Of a DNA stretch of 64,000 nt, positions 43,093 to 55,449 are shown piece by piece. Made by a program: the position numbers and the translations under genes. The stretch is taken from contig OZ024760.1 of the NCBI GenBank assembly GCA_964016885.1, positions 22,444,001-22,508,000 on the forward strand. Reading direction: 5' to 3'. Source of the stretch: Eledone cirrhosa. Lineage: Eukaryota. The notes under the pieces are model-generated. The model was not told the origin of the DNA and did not search any database. It saw only the letters and a program-made list of their open reading frames with translations. The stretch's first letter is position 1; the number at the start of each line of letters is the position of its first letter.

Positions 43093-43931
43093 ATTTATGT
43101 TTGAAAATGGAGGTAAAGTTCCATAGAAATCAAAGGTTATAGTAAAAATGTAAAAGTATAAAAGTACAAAAGTACAAAAGCGTATTTATAAATTGTTTTT
43201 TTTTTTCTTCAATCCGACAGAATGAATAATATTGTAATTGTATTAAGTGAAATGAAATTTTGACAAATATCAACGGCTTCAATTTGTATATCAATCTCAT
43301 TGAATAATAAATATTTAAAAAAATGTTTTTTCCATTTATTCTGCTTAACAGTAGATGGAAAACGCGTGCGTCACATATGATATTAAGTTATTGGCAATAA
43401 AACAAAAATAGAATTAAAAATCCATGGTCTTCGGGATTCAAAACTGATGTACATGGCTTTGAAATATAATTGTGGGATTGCAGGATATTCAGAGTATAGA
43501 ATCTGATAAAATAGTTTAACTCTGTCCTTGGTGTATCAAGACAAAAAATATAAGAAATGAAAAACCTACCTTTGCTGAATCAGTCGTTCCACGTGTAATG
43601 AAAAGAGCCCCCAAAAATATTGGACGCCAAGAAATATTAAGAATCTTCTTTCTTCTTTTTATATTGCTTATTTTATTGCAACACCCACTTTCTCCTCACG
43701 TGACTTTTATCGAGTTGTTTCCTCTTTGACTTTCCCGACATCACATCGTTTCTTGCACCGGTGAGAACAAGTCAGAACTTTCATGTCTGACATAGGAAAT
43801 GGGAGTGCCTTCAAATCTTAGAGGCTATCCTAGTTATGTGTTGCATGGCTTAAATGTTGTACAGCCATTTCTACCGCAGTAAGTTTCGTTTTGTTTTCAT
43901 TTTTCGTTTTCATACTCCAAGTACAGTGTTT

Positions 43932-44101
43932 GGCACTGGTTCGCCTTTATCTGTGAGCAAGCGGTCAACCCCGCCTACAGTTCCTCCCGTTGTTTATATC
44001 CTAACCCTAACCCTAAAAAGTAACCCTATACGTAAAGTTAAACGAATATAAACTGTAGGCGGGGTTCACCGTTTGCTGACAGACAAAAGCGAACCAGTGC
44101 C
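43932..44101. mobile_element. MITE, Merlin-like
   Basis: About 50-bp imperfect terminal inverted repeats (TIRs) GGCACTGGTTCGC...GCGAACCAGTGCC; 8-bp TSD CAGTGTTT/CAGTGTCT; internal CCTAACCCTAACCCTAA. Confidence 0.75.
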
Positions 44102-44699
44102 CAGTGTCTATATATATTCTAAGACACTGTAACCCCGTATAAACCAACAGTAACGGTGGTAGAGGTCGAAACTGTGTCTGTGTCGGTAACCAAGTAGGGT
44201 TAGGGTTAGATTTTTAAATTGTCTTAACAATTAGCGGTGAAATTAAAGTAATCTATTTTGCAAGTCTCATTAAATTAGACAAACATTTTTTAAAAACTAA
44301 TTTTACCGGTACAGGTTAAATCGACACTTAGGCTGTTTCACTGGTGAATTAGACAAACATTCTTTTAAAACTTATTTTACCGGTACCGGCTAAATCGAAC
44401 CCTCCCCCCAGTCTGTTTTACTGGTAAATATAATGATAGGGTTAGATTTTAATTTGTCTTAACAATTGGTGAAAATAAAATAGGCTAATTTGGCGGTCCC
44501 GTAAAATAGACAAACATGTATTTTACGATTATTTTAACCCCCCCCCCCGGTAAAATAGTACCCCAGGCTATTTTGGCGGTACATATAGTGTTAGGGTTAA
44601 ATATTAAATAGGGTTTAACAATTGAAAATGACCATCAATAGACTTGTGTCAAATCGGAGTGTTGTTATTTTTAACATTACCTGCCTTCAAAATGGATCT

Positions 44700-44842
44700 T
44701 ATATAGGCACAACGCCAGCAATTTTTTTTTTTTTTGGGGGGGGGGGAAGTCGATTAAGTCAACCCCAGTGCGTGACTAGTACTTTATTTTATCGACCCAC
44801 TAAGGATGAAAGGCAAAGCTAAACTCTGAGTGATTTAAACTC
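44700..44842 (-). mobile_element. SINE family 1, partial
   Basis: Reverse complement of the central domain and tail. Confidence 0.7.
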
Positions 44843-44898
44843 ACCTGCCTTCATAATAATAAAATCAAATTACCGGGACCAACAAAATAGACTCTTCC

Positions 44899-44932
<34 letters not shown>

Positions 44933-44988
44933 GGAAGAGTCTATAAATATTGACCATCAAATTACCGGGACCAACAAAATAGACTCTT

Positions 44989-45042
<54 letters not shown>

Positions 45043-45278
45043 GGAAGAGTCTATAAATATTGACCATCAAATTACCGGGACCAACAAAATAGACTCTTCC
45101 TATATATATATGTATATATATATAATTAGGTAGTAACACGTGCTTATGTCGTATTTGACTAAATAGAATTAGTCTGTAAGGTAGGATTTTAAAAAAAAAA
45201 CCTCTGAATGGAAAAAAAAGGATGAGTATTGACGTACATGGGTCACGAACCCACATTTTTGGTTGGCCGGACCAATAA

Positions 45279-45326
<48 letters not shown>

Positions 45327-45404
45327 ATATATATATCTATATATATATAGAGAGAGAGAGAGAGAGGGTAACAGGGATTCGTTGAACAAACAAAATCACT
45401 TAAC

Positions 45405-45584
45405 CTATAACTCTACAAAATACTTCAGCAATGCTGGTATAGTCACTGCTTCCGTCTCTCTCCATCTCCCTATGAAAAGCGTCCCTGGTGGAGAGAGTAG
45501 AGTAACCGTTTCCCCTGTAGATTGAGGGAGCGGCGTAGAAAGAGCCATTCCCGGTGTGTTTGTGCTTGTTTTCGTCTACGACAC
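45405..45584 (-). CDS. Candidate internal coding exon of an unidentified host gene (180 nt, phase 1-1)
   Basis: Unique, GC-richer island. Acceptor TTTTGTTAG| and donor G|GTTAAGT bound an open frame VVDENKHKHTGNGSFYAAPSIYRGNGYSTLSTRDAFHREMERDGSSDYTSIAEVFCRVI. Confidence 0.33.
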
Positions 45585-46250
45585 CTAACAAAATGTGCTT
45601 TTCACCTGTGTTGTACAGATTAGTGGTTGATGAAATAGAAACCAATGAAATAGCTACTGGGTAGAGTGCATATGACTGATCAATGGTTCTAAAACGATGC
45701 TCCAGTATGGTATGACCGCACTCTATTGGTTTTAAACATTGAAAAATAATTTAATACATCATTTTACAAACAAGTAAAACTGCAACATGGTTTGTATGTG
45801 TGTCTTTGTATATATATATATATATATCAAGTATGTTTTGAAACAGTGAGCGAGTTTGAAATTAGAAAATATATAGCTTTCACCGTATTTTTGACTAAAG
45901 GAATTTTAGCTTGATAACGGGGTTTAGAACCCTCAGATAAATGGAAAAAGATGAGTATTGACATATATATATATGTAAAATATGTGGTAAAATACCAGGT
46001 GGACCATAACCCACCAGAGTACTCGATACTTGGAGTGGTAGAGTGGGTGCTATGAAAAGATTCAGGATCCCGAGGGCTGAGCTCCGGTCGTTTCGACAGC
46101 TAGATCCGAACTCGAATATCTGTATTTTAAACCGCTGGTCAATCAATGATAAACATTGATTACCAAATAAATTAACTATGGGGATACACAAATACAGAAG
46201 CGAAAACCAACCAAACAGTGAGTGTGTTCTGTTATTATTTCTGGCAATAT

Positions 46251-46600
46251 TGTTTCTACTTTAGGTACAAGGCCAGCAATTAAACAGTGCATTACTGGTA
46301 CTTTATTTTATCGACCCCGTAAGGATGAAAGGTAAAGTGAACCTCGGCGTGATTTGAACTCAGATCGTAAAGGGACGTAACTATGCTGGAAAGCATGGCG
46401 TCCAACCCTCTACCGATACTGCCAACCCACCGCCCTCTTTTGGCAATATTATTACAATGAAGCATAGAGTTACGTCCCTTTATGATCCGAGTTCAAATTC
46501 CGCCGAGGTTAACTTTGCCTTTCATCCTTACGGGGTCGATAAAATAAAGTACCAGTAATGTACTGGGTAATTTGCTGGCCTTGTGCCAAAATTAGAAATA
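46251..46600. mobile_element. Two SINE family 1 copies (46251-46435 minus; 46462-46600 plus) inside a family C repeat
   Basis: Opposite orientations. Apparent TSDs TTYTGGCAATATT and TTATTACA. Confidence 0.85.
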
Positions 46601-47096
46601 CTTATTACAGTATGACCCTCCCCAAGTAAAACAATGTTTCGACACGATTTCATACCAAAAACCTTGCAAAACACACACACACGCACCGCACACCACACTA
46701 TATGTGTGTGTTAAAGTTCAGTATAACATTACAAAATGAATGTGATAATTGCTTATAGATCTGTTACGGACGTTTCGTACATGATTGGTTCATGATACAT
46801 TTGTTTTGTTATAGACACAATTCTGTAACTGATCTATAATCAATAAAAACATTCAAGTGAATCTTCACCTGCTATACTTGATTTAAGTAATTTGTTTTGT
46901 TGTTTTTTGCCATGATATTATCACCTGCCTACACGGTTCCCCCTCCTCTTTTATTAAATGGCCTAATATTTTGCGACATATCTTTCCTTTCATGTGACTA
47001 TTATTGCGTTGTTTCGTCACCCCTCAACATCACTTTTCGAACCTGTTAAAGCCAAGCAAACATCTTTTTCTCTGATCATCACCTTCTGATAACCGT

Positions 47097-47137
<41 letters not shown>

Positions 47138-47398
47138 ATTTCCAAAACGTTTATTTCCAGGATAGAAATGCTTTTGTAGCTTTGTCTGCGGGCTGCAGCC
47201 CTAGCACAACCACGCCCTAGGCCCGGGGCCTAAAATTTCATGACACATATTTATTTTCATGTTACTCTTCTTGCGTTGTATCGTCTTGGTCTTTCCACGC
47301 CCGCAAGACCCTCTGTCGAGTCTGTTAAAACTATGCAAAAGTTTCTCCTCTGAACATTACGTTCTGTTTCTTTGTGTTTTCATCTCCAGAGTTTAGAG

Positions 47399-47688
47399 CA
47401 GTCATGGGCAACCTGCGGCCCACGAAGCTTTCTGAATGGATCACCTAAGTCACCTCAATGAAATCTTTCTCATTCTTTTACCTCAACTTTTCAGTCGTAA
47501 TTTATCTTAATATCATGTTTACGATCGAGTAAAACAACGTGCACGAATTCTGAAGAAACAAATCAAAACAACCTGAGTTACCACCCTTTTTTTAATGTGG
47601 GCACGAATGTAAATTAGCGATTGCGGCCCGCCTGATGATGAGTCATATCTCATGCGGCACGCTTCTCGAAAAGGGTTTCCTATACCCG
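47399..47688. mobile_element. hAT/Charlie-like MITE, decayed
   Basis: Ends CAGTCATGGGCAACCTGCGGCCC ... AAGGGTTTCCTATACCCG; internal TGCGGCCC repeats; flanks GTTTAGAG/CTTTGGAG. Confidence 0.65.
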
Positions 47689-48176
47689 CTTTGGAGGCTC
47701 TTCTTATGTATTGTATGACTTAAATGCCATATCTATTTCTACGCAGGTAAATCATTTTATTCTTTTAAGGTTTTTGGCATTTCAAAAATTTTGACTTCTA
47801 AGATAGAAAATCTTTTGCAGTTTTGTCTGCCGAGGCTAGCCCCAAGCCTGCCAATCCCTAGCCCCAAACCCTATCAACCTCTCCCCTTGCCCCTCCTTTT
47901 CTTCGGTGGCCCTAATCTCCTTGCTTTTTCCCTCCTTTGTGGCCTATATAGTCCATTCTTCTACTTCCCCCTCTGTCAAATCTTTCCTTTATCCCGTCCC
48001 CATTTGTAATGTTATTCACACAATTGTAAATAAACATCAATTACACATCTTACGTAAATATAATTAAACTGTATCTAAACCTGGAGGACAGTGTTATCAA
48101 TCTGTGCCGGTGAATTCCACCTGCGCAGATAGAAAAATTCGGTCCACTGTACATTTGTTGTACGGCCTCGTTGTTG

Positions 48177-48301
48177 TAATTGACCTTAACTCTCTTAGAA
48201 CTCAGCCTTCGGACACTAATTGCTCTCTACCTTGGATATCTCTACTACGTTATTACTAATTAGTGTCCGAAGGGTGAGTTTTAATAGTTAAGGTCAATTA
48301 C
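48177..48301. repeat. Inverted repeat with about 45-bp arms
   Basis: GTAATTGACCTTAACT...CCTTCGGACACTAATT / AATTAGTGTCCGAAGG...AGTTAAGGTCAATTAC. Confidence 0.75.
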
Positions 48302-48554
48302 TTTATCGCTCTACATGGCTGAATACAATAATTGTAATATGAGTTTTTTGAATATTAAAAATCATATTCGATTGCAATTATGCAAACATCTTTAAGCCAT
48401 CTCAGTAGACAGACCCTGTCATTCTTGCTCTTGTGTTGGCATGTAAATAGAATTTCAGACACTGTTTCTGGGTGATTACCCTTCATCAGTGCAGTATGCT
48501 ACTTACCTGCCAACTGTCAGAGCTAGTGAAAATATATATTTTCTAAAATCTACT

Positions 48555-48657
48555 GTGACTGATCGGCCTGAGATTTGCATATTAGTAGACTGCCTGATCA
48601 AACAGATCTGCATATTAACAGACCCACTGATCAGCCAGATTTGCATATCAGCAGATA
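48555..48657. promoter_or_regulatory. Three 33-bp repeats, each with an octamer-type motif
   Basis: ATTTGCAT at 48573, ATCTGCAT at 48606 and ATTTGCAT at 48639, each preceded by CTGATC. Confidence 0.35.
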
Positions 48658-49944
48658 GGCCAGTCAGTTTCATGTATCTGAGCGTTGAATCACCGGCTAA
48701 CACATATTCAAATAACAAACAAATAGTTTATCGCTCTGAATGTTTATGGCTGGATACGATAAATGTGATGAGGTTTTCAAATATATACACACACGTATAC
48801 ACAAAGTATGTATGTATGTATGTAGGAAGGTAGGTAGGTAGGTAGGTATACATGTATGTTTGTGTGTGTCCCAGGTTGAACCGGAGCCAACCACAGTATG
48901 GTACTCAATACATTAGTAGTGTTTAAACATCATATTTAATATACAAATGGCTTTTACACTCTTTCAAGATGATTTATTTTGAATGAAACAGTTCTAATCC
49001 TGTAGAATCCTTCTCTCTCACTCTCCCTCCCTCTATCTCTCTCTCTCTACATATATATATATATACATACATACCTTGCTTTGTTACGATCTCCTTGTAA
49101 TCCCATATTTTAATAAACAATGATATAATAGTAATAATATTACATTTTTGAAATATTAAAATTAAAAAAAAATATCTTAAGAAGCTAAAAAAACGATGTT
49201 TAATTACGATTAATTAACAAGCACTTCCGCATTATTTATCTCTCCGTACGTTCTAGAATGTATGAACAAAATAAAAAATATATTAACGATATTAATATCA
49301 AGAACAATAGATAACAGCAAAAATACAAATACCACCACCAACAAGAGAAATTCTCACATCACCGCTAGAAAGAAAGAAAAAAGATGAGAAAAGATAACAA
49401 AAAAAAAATCTAGAAGTAAACTTCTTATCTCCTGTGATTTTGGCTTTTATTCTGGTTTTAAGTTTTCTTTTCAGAGCATAATTGAAGAATTTCATTATTT
49501 TTAATTAGCAATTTGTTATATTATTTGAAGATATCAAACGAATTACGAACAGTTCTTTGCCATGAAAATATATTTTCACCACTTCACATTTGAAGTTTTC
49601 AATGTCGGCATTTCTTTTCTCATCATTATTTATTTGTTATTATTTTTGTGTGAGATTTGCTTTCGTCTCTTTCTGCTATCTTTTCTTTATTTTTTTCTTT
49701 GTGTTTGTTATATTGCAATATATTTTATTTTTGTTATTTTGTTGTTTGATTTTTAATTTTTTTTTTTATTTTTTTTATTTTTTTACGATATGAAATGAAT
49801 TTCTTAGCACTTCTAAATCCAGGCTAAGTGTCATTTAACGTGGAAGGAAAGCTAGTCTATCGTGGTAATAAACACTCACTCTCATTCAAGCACGCTTACA
49901 CACACAACCACTTACACACAAACTCATACTCATACAAACACTCA

Positions 49945-50325
49945 TACACACAAACTGGTACACACAAACTGGTACACACAAACTGGTACACACAAACTGG
50001 TACACACAAACTGGTACACACAAACTGGTACACACAAACTGGTACACACAAACTGGTACACACAAACTGGTACACACAAACTGGTACACACAAACTGGTA
50101 CACACACGCAAGCACTCACACACACACACACGCAAGCACTCACACACACACACACACACGCAAGCACTCACACACACACACACACACGCAAGCACTCACA
50201 CACACACACACGCAAGCTCTCACACACACACACACGCAAGCTCTCACACACACACACACGCAAGCTCTCACACACACACACACGCAAGCTCTCACACACA
50301 CACACACGCAAGCTCTCACACACCC
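49945..50325. repeat. 14-bp CACACAAACTGGTA array, then (CA)nCGCAAGC array
   Basis: Visible directly in the sequence. Confidence 0.9.
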
Positions 50326-50519
50326 TCACACGCACTCACACATGCATACACACTTGCACGCACACTCTGACAGAGAAACTGGAGCAACGTGTAATGGTGT
50401 TTTCTAGCACAAAACACTAAACCCAGTCTAGGAATAAACCCTTGACATTGTTATCGCAAATCCAACATTACCACTAGGCCACATGAATCTACATCCGACA
50501 AATGCTTGACAACAATACT

Positions 50520-51478
50520 TAGTGCCCTTGGTTATGATATCAAATTCCTCCAAGGTCGACTTAACTTTCATCTTTTTGCTTGATGAAATACAATACCAGT
50601 TACATACTGGTCCAATTAAATTGACGTTTTTTCTGAAATGACTGGATTTCAGACTAAAATGGAATTTATGGTTAGAAATTATTATTAGTTTCACTGGTGG
50701 ATTGGCAGTATCAGTAGAAGGGTCGGACGCCATGCTTAGCAGCAAAGAGTTACGGCCCTTTATGGTCTGAGTTCAAATCCTGCCGTGGGAAATTTTGCCT
50801 TTCATCCTAACGTCGTCGATAAAATAAAGTACCAGTAATGCACTTGGGTCGATTTAATCGATTTCCCCCATCCCCTAAAATTGTTGGCCTTGTATGTAAA
50901 TCATAAACCATTATTAAGTTACGTCCCTTTACGATCTGAGTTCAAATCCCGCGGAGGTTGACTTTGCCTTTCATCCTTACGGGGTCGATAAAATGAAGTA
51001 CCAGTAATACACTGGTTAATTTGCTGGCCTTGTGCCAAAAATAGAAACAATTATTATTGAATGACAGTATCGGTAGAGTGTCGGACGCCATGCTTTGTAG
51101 CATCGCGTTACGGCCCTTTACGCACTGGGGTCGATTTAATCGACTTTCCCCTCCCCCCAAAATTGCTGGCTTGTGCCTATATAAGAAACCATTATTTTTA
51201 GTTACTGGGGCGGTGAATTGGCAGTATCGGTAGAGGGTCGGACGCCATGTTAGGGCGGTGAATTGGCGGTATCGGTAGAGGGTCGGACGCCATGCTTTCC
51301 AGCATAGTTACGTCCCTTTACGATCTGAGTTCAAATCCCGCCGAGGTTGACTTTGCCTTTCATCCTTACAGGGTCGATAAAATAAAGTACCAGTAATGCA
51401 GTGGGGTCGATTTAATTGACTTTCCCCTCAGCTAAAATTGTTGCTTTTGTGCCTGTATCAGAAACCACTATTATTATT
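50520..51478 (+). mobile_element. Head-to-tail cluster of about 5 SINE family 1 copies
   Basis: Copies start near 50520 (decayed), 50697, 50918, 51065 and 51208/51253, each following the previous ATT tail. Confidence 0.85.
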
Positions 51479-52930
51479 GTGCGGGTTAGACCGATTGTGC
51501 AAATATGAGATTAACATGGATCATATTTCAAAATGAAACACAAATAACATCAGCTAGTTATGTGTATATATATATATATTCATGTGTGTGTGTGTGTGTG
51601 TATAATCTATAAACATACACACACACATATGTATACACGCAAACACATATATAGAAATAAACATATGCGTATGCGTGTGTTTGTATGAGGGGGAAGGGGT
51701 GGTGGTGAAAAATATTGTGTAAACTAAATGTTATGCGAAAGATAATTTCCAGAAGCATGTGTAAATAAACAGCAACAACAACAACAACAACAGGAACAAC
51801 CCCGGCAACAACAATAACAGCAACAATAACATCAACAACAACAACCTCGGCAACAACAATAACAGCAACAATAACAGCAACAACAGCAACCCCCAGCAAC
51901 AACCTCGGCAACAACAATAACAGCAACCCCAGCAACAACAGCAACGACCTCGGCAACAACAACTCCAGCAACAACCTCTGCAACAACAACAACAGCAACA
52001 ACCCCAGCAACAACAGGAACAACCTCGGCAACAACAATAACAGCAACAACAACAACAACCCCAGCAACAGCAGCAACCTTGGCTACAGCAATATACCCCA
52101 TACTATGAGATATGTAATGTCACCACCTGTTCAGGATGTATCTTACATTAGGTGATGCGTGTGTCACCTTTCCCCGACACATATGTTGCAACATTGTGTT
52201 CTGTGACTATGGTTTACCTCCTGTACAGTGTGTTAATTGAAAATAACACAGTCTTGGTGTGATCAATGGGTTCCTTTACTATACACACACGCATACTCAC
52301 ACACTGAGGTTCACACGCAGACAGGCAGACACGTAAGCAGGCAGACACGCAGACAGACAGACTAACAAACATGAAGGCAGACACGCAGACACAGATACAC
52401 AGACAAACATGCAGGCAGACACGCAGACACAGATACACAGACAAACATGCAGGCAGACACGCATACACATACAGACACACACAGACAAACATGCAGGCAG
52501 ACACACAGATACAGGCACACACCGACAGACACGCAAACACAGATACACAGACATACACAGAAAGACAAACAGGCAGGCACACACATATACACACACGGAT
52601 ACACACACGGATACACACACACACGCGGATACACACACACACGCGGACACACACACGCACACGCACACGCACACGCGCAGATACACGCACACACACCCAC
52701 ACACACACACACACACGCAGATACACACACACGCAGATACAGATACACACACACAGACAGATACACAGACAGACTACTTAAAATTGTTGACTGAACTTGC
52801 GTGCATTTTCACAACTGTTTTTCTTTCCTTCCTCTTCTCATATCTTTCTATTTCAACTTTTATTTCTCATTCTATCTTACGATGAATGACTAGTTTCCGA
52901 AACGTAGAAACTTCAGGGATGCACATATAG

Positions 52931-53340
52931 TTATATTGGATTCACGCTTGGAAGGAATGGAGGAGGGTTCGATGTTTCGGACAGAAATCCTTTATCAGTA
53001 AAGTTCGGATAAGGAGAGAACAGGTAGATGAATGGATGTAATGTGTGAATGTTAAGAATGGAATTTAAAAAAAAAAAAGAGTTAGGGGAAGATTGAGATG
53101 TTTTAAGCGAAAGATCAGGCCTTGTGGTGGGGAAAGAAGTGTAGGGTCCAGGGGTGTCAAGGGTGAAGTTGTGTGTATGCCGAAGGGATAAAATTGGTAC
53201 ATGTGCGTTGCTTAAATCTCTGTTTGTGTGTGGGCATATAGGTGTCTCACTCTTACATTGCTGGTGTGTACACACTGTGTGTGTATGTATGCCTGTGAGT
53301 TATTTATATTTTTTGTGCATGTGTGAAAGTACGTATGTGT
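52931..53340 (-). mobile_element. Penelope-like 3' terminal fragment with decayed hammerhead at 52967-53002
   Basis: Minus strand: CUGAUAA AGGA UUUCUG UCC GAAA CA UC GAAC, followed by a pyrimidine-rich tail. A weaker relative lies at about 35480-35610. Confidence 0.4.
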
Positions 53341-53346
53341 GTGAAG

Positions 53347-54150
53347 TCATTGTCCGGCAGCCTCAGCCGAAATCGATTGAACAATTGATCTCTACGTAGG
53401 TCTGTCGTTGATTGCCGTGGCAAAGTCCTGGATTAAAATACCAGAATCTCTGGAGGTGACACCGGCGTAGGGGAGCTTGCGTCACCTGTTATTAGTGACT
53501 GCTTGTGGTTTGCAAGGCACTAATGGGGACACAGCCTCATAGGTGGCACGCTGGCAGTGGCCAGCAAATGAGGCTAGGAGAGCTTGTGGGCCCTGTTGTT
53601 AGTGACTGCTTGTGGTTTCCATGGCACTAATGGGGACACAGCCTCATAGGTGGCACGCTGGCAGTGGCCAGCAAATGAGGCTAGGAGAGCTTGTGGGCCC
53701 TGTTGTTAGTGACGGCTTGTGGTTTCCATGGCACTAATGGGGGGACAGCCTCATAGGTGGCACGCTGGCAGTGGCCAGCAAATAAGGCTAGGAGAGCTTG
53801 TGGGCTCTTTTGTTAGTGACTGCTTGTGGTTTGCATGGCACTAATGGGGACACAGCCTCATAGGTGGCACGATGGCAGTGGCCAGCAAATGAAGATAGGA
53901 GAGCTTATGGCCCTTGTTGGCAGTGACGGCTTGTGGTTTCCAAGGCACTAATGGGGACACAGCCTCATAGGTGGCACAATGGCAGTGGCCAGCAAATGAG
54001 GATAGGAGAGCTTGTGGCCCTTGTTGGCAGTGACGGCTTGTGGTTTCCAAGGCACTAATGGGGACACAGCCTCATAGGTGGCACGATGGCAATGGCCAGC
54101 AAATCTTACGCTCTTTTTACGTACACCGACAGATATGCGTGGGAGGTCGG
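53347..54150 (-). mobile_element. 3' fragment of RTE-clade LINE with internal 6 x 107-bp tandem amplification
   Basis: Minus frame DLPRISVGVRKKSVRFAGHCHR..EAVSPLVPWKP...(repeats)...RKLPYAGVTSRDSGILIQDFATAINDRPT*RSIVQSISAEAAGQ*. This matches the RTE C-terminal pattern R-FAGH-x-R ... A-x-DR-xx-WR. Confidence 0.8.
53470..54103. repeat. 107-bp minisatellite, about 6 copies
   Basis: TAATGGGG recurs at 53521, 53628, 53735, 53842, 53949 and 54056. Confidence 0.95.
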
Positions 54151-54279
54151 CATCTCTCTCTCCTTTTGAAGTAGTCACAGTCGTAGTACTAGGTACGTAG
54201 TAGTAGTAATAGGTACGAGACGAAGGTGGTAGTAGAGGTGTTGGTAGGAGTGTAGAATGTGTCTGTATTGGTGATAGGG

Positions 54280-55449
54280 AAGGTACATCATAGGCTCACT
54301 TATACTAGAGAAGGTACATAAATAACATCATAGGCTCAGTTATACTAGTGAAGGTACATAAATAACATCATAGGCTCACTTATACTAGTGAAGGTACATA
54401 AATAACATCATAGGCTCACTTATACTAGTGAAGGTACATAAATAACATCATAGGCTCACTTATACTAGTGAAGGTACATAAATAACATCATAGGCTCACT
54501 TATACTAGAGAAGGTACATAAATAACATCATAGGCTCACTTATACTAGAGAAGGTACATAAATAACATCATAGGCTGACTTATACTAGAGAAGGTACATA
54601 AATAACATCATAGGCTGACTTATACTAGAGAAGGTACATAAATAACATCATAGGCTGACTTATACTAGAGAAGGTACATAAATAACATCATAGGCTCACT
54701 TATACTAGAGAAGGTACATAAATAACATCATAGGCTCAGTTATACTAGTGAAGGTACATAAATAACATCATAGGCTGACTTATACTAGAGAAGGTACATA
54801 AATAACATCATAGGCTCACTTATACTAGTGAAGATACATAAATAACATCATAGGCTGACTTATACTACTGAAGGTACATAAATAACATCATAGGCTGACT
54901 TATACTAGAGAAGGTACATAAATAACATCATAGGCTGACTTATACTAGAGAAGGTACATAAATAACATCATAGGCTCAGTTATACTAGAGAAGGTACATA
55001 AATAACATCATAGGCTCACTTATACTAGTGAAGGTACATAAATAACATCATAGGCTCACTTATACTAGTGAAGGTACATAAATAACATCATAGGCTCACT
55101 TATACTAGAGAAGGTACATAAATAACATCATAGGCTCACTTATACTAGTGAAGGTACATAAATAACATCATAGGCTGACTTATACTAGAGAAGGTACATA
55201 AATAACATCATAGGCTGACTTATACTAGTGAAGGTACATAAATAACATCATAGGCTGACTTATACTAGAGAAGGTACATAAATAACATCATAGGCTGACT
55301 TATACTAGAGAAGGTACATAAATAACATCATAGGCTCACTTATACTAGAGAAGGTACATAAATAACATCATAGGCTCACTTATACTAGTGAAGGTACATA
55401 AATAACATCATAGGCTCACTTATACTAGAGAAGGTACATAAATAACATC
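54280..55449. repeat. 40-bp minisatellite, about 29 copies
   Basis: Unit AAGGTACATAAATAACATCATAGGCT(C/G)A(C/G)TTATACTAG(A/T)G. Confidence 0.97.

Noticed and set aside
43380-43700. Two small minus-strand exons joined by an intron of about 64 nt
   Set aside because: GT/AG sites exist, but the frame is closed by nearby stops on both sides and the peptide is unrecognisable.
53470-54103. Twister/HDV-like ribozyme or retrozyme tandem in the structured 107-bp unit
   Set aside because: The CAAGC and hairpin matches lack the required pseudoknot pairings, and the unit is explained as RTE LINE coding sequence.
54280-55449. CRISPR-like array (also considered for 41243-41535 and 53470-54103)
   Set aside because: No unique spacers, no cas genes, eukaryotic context.
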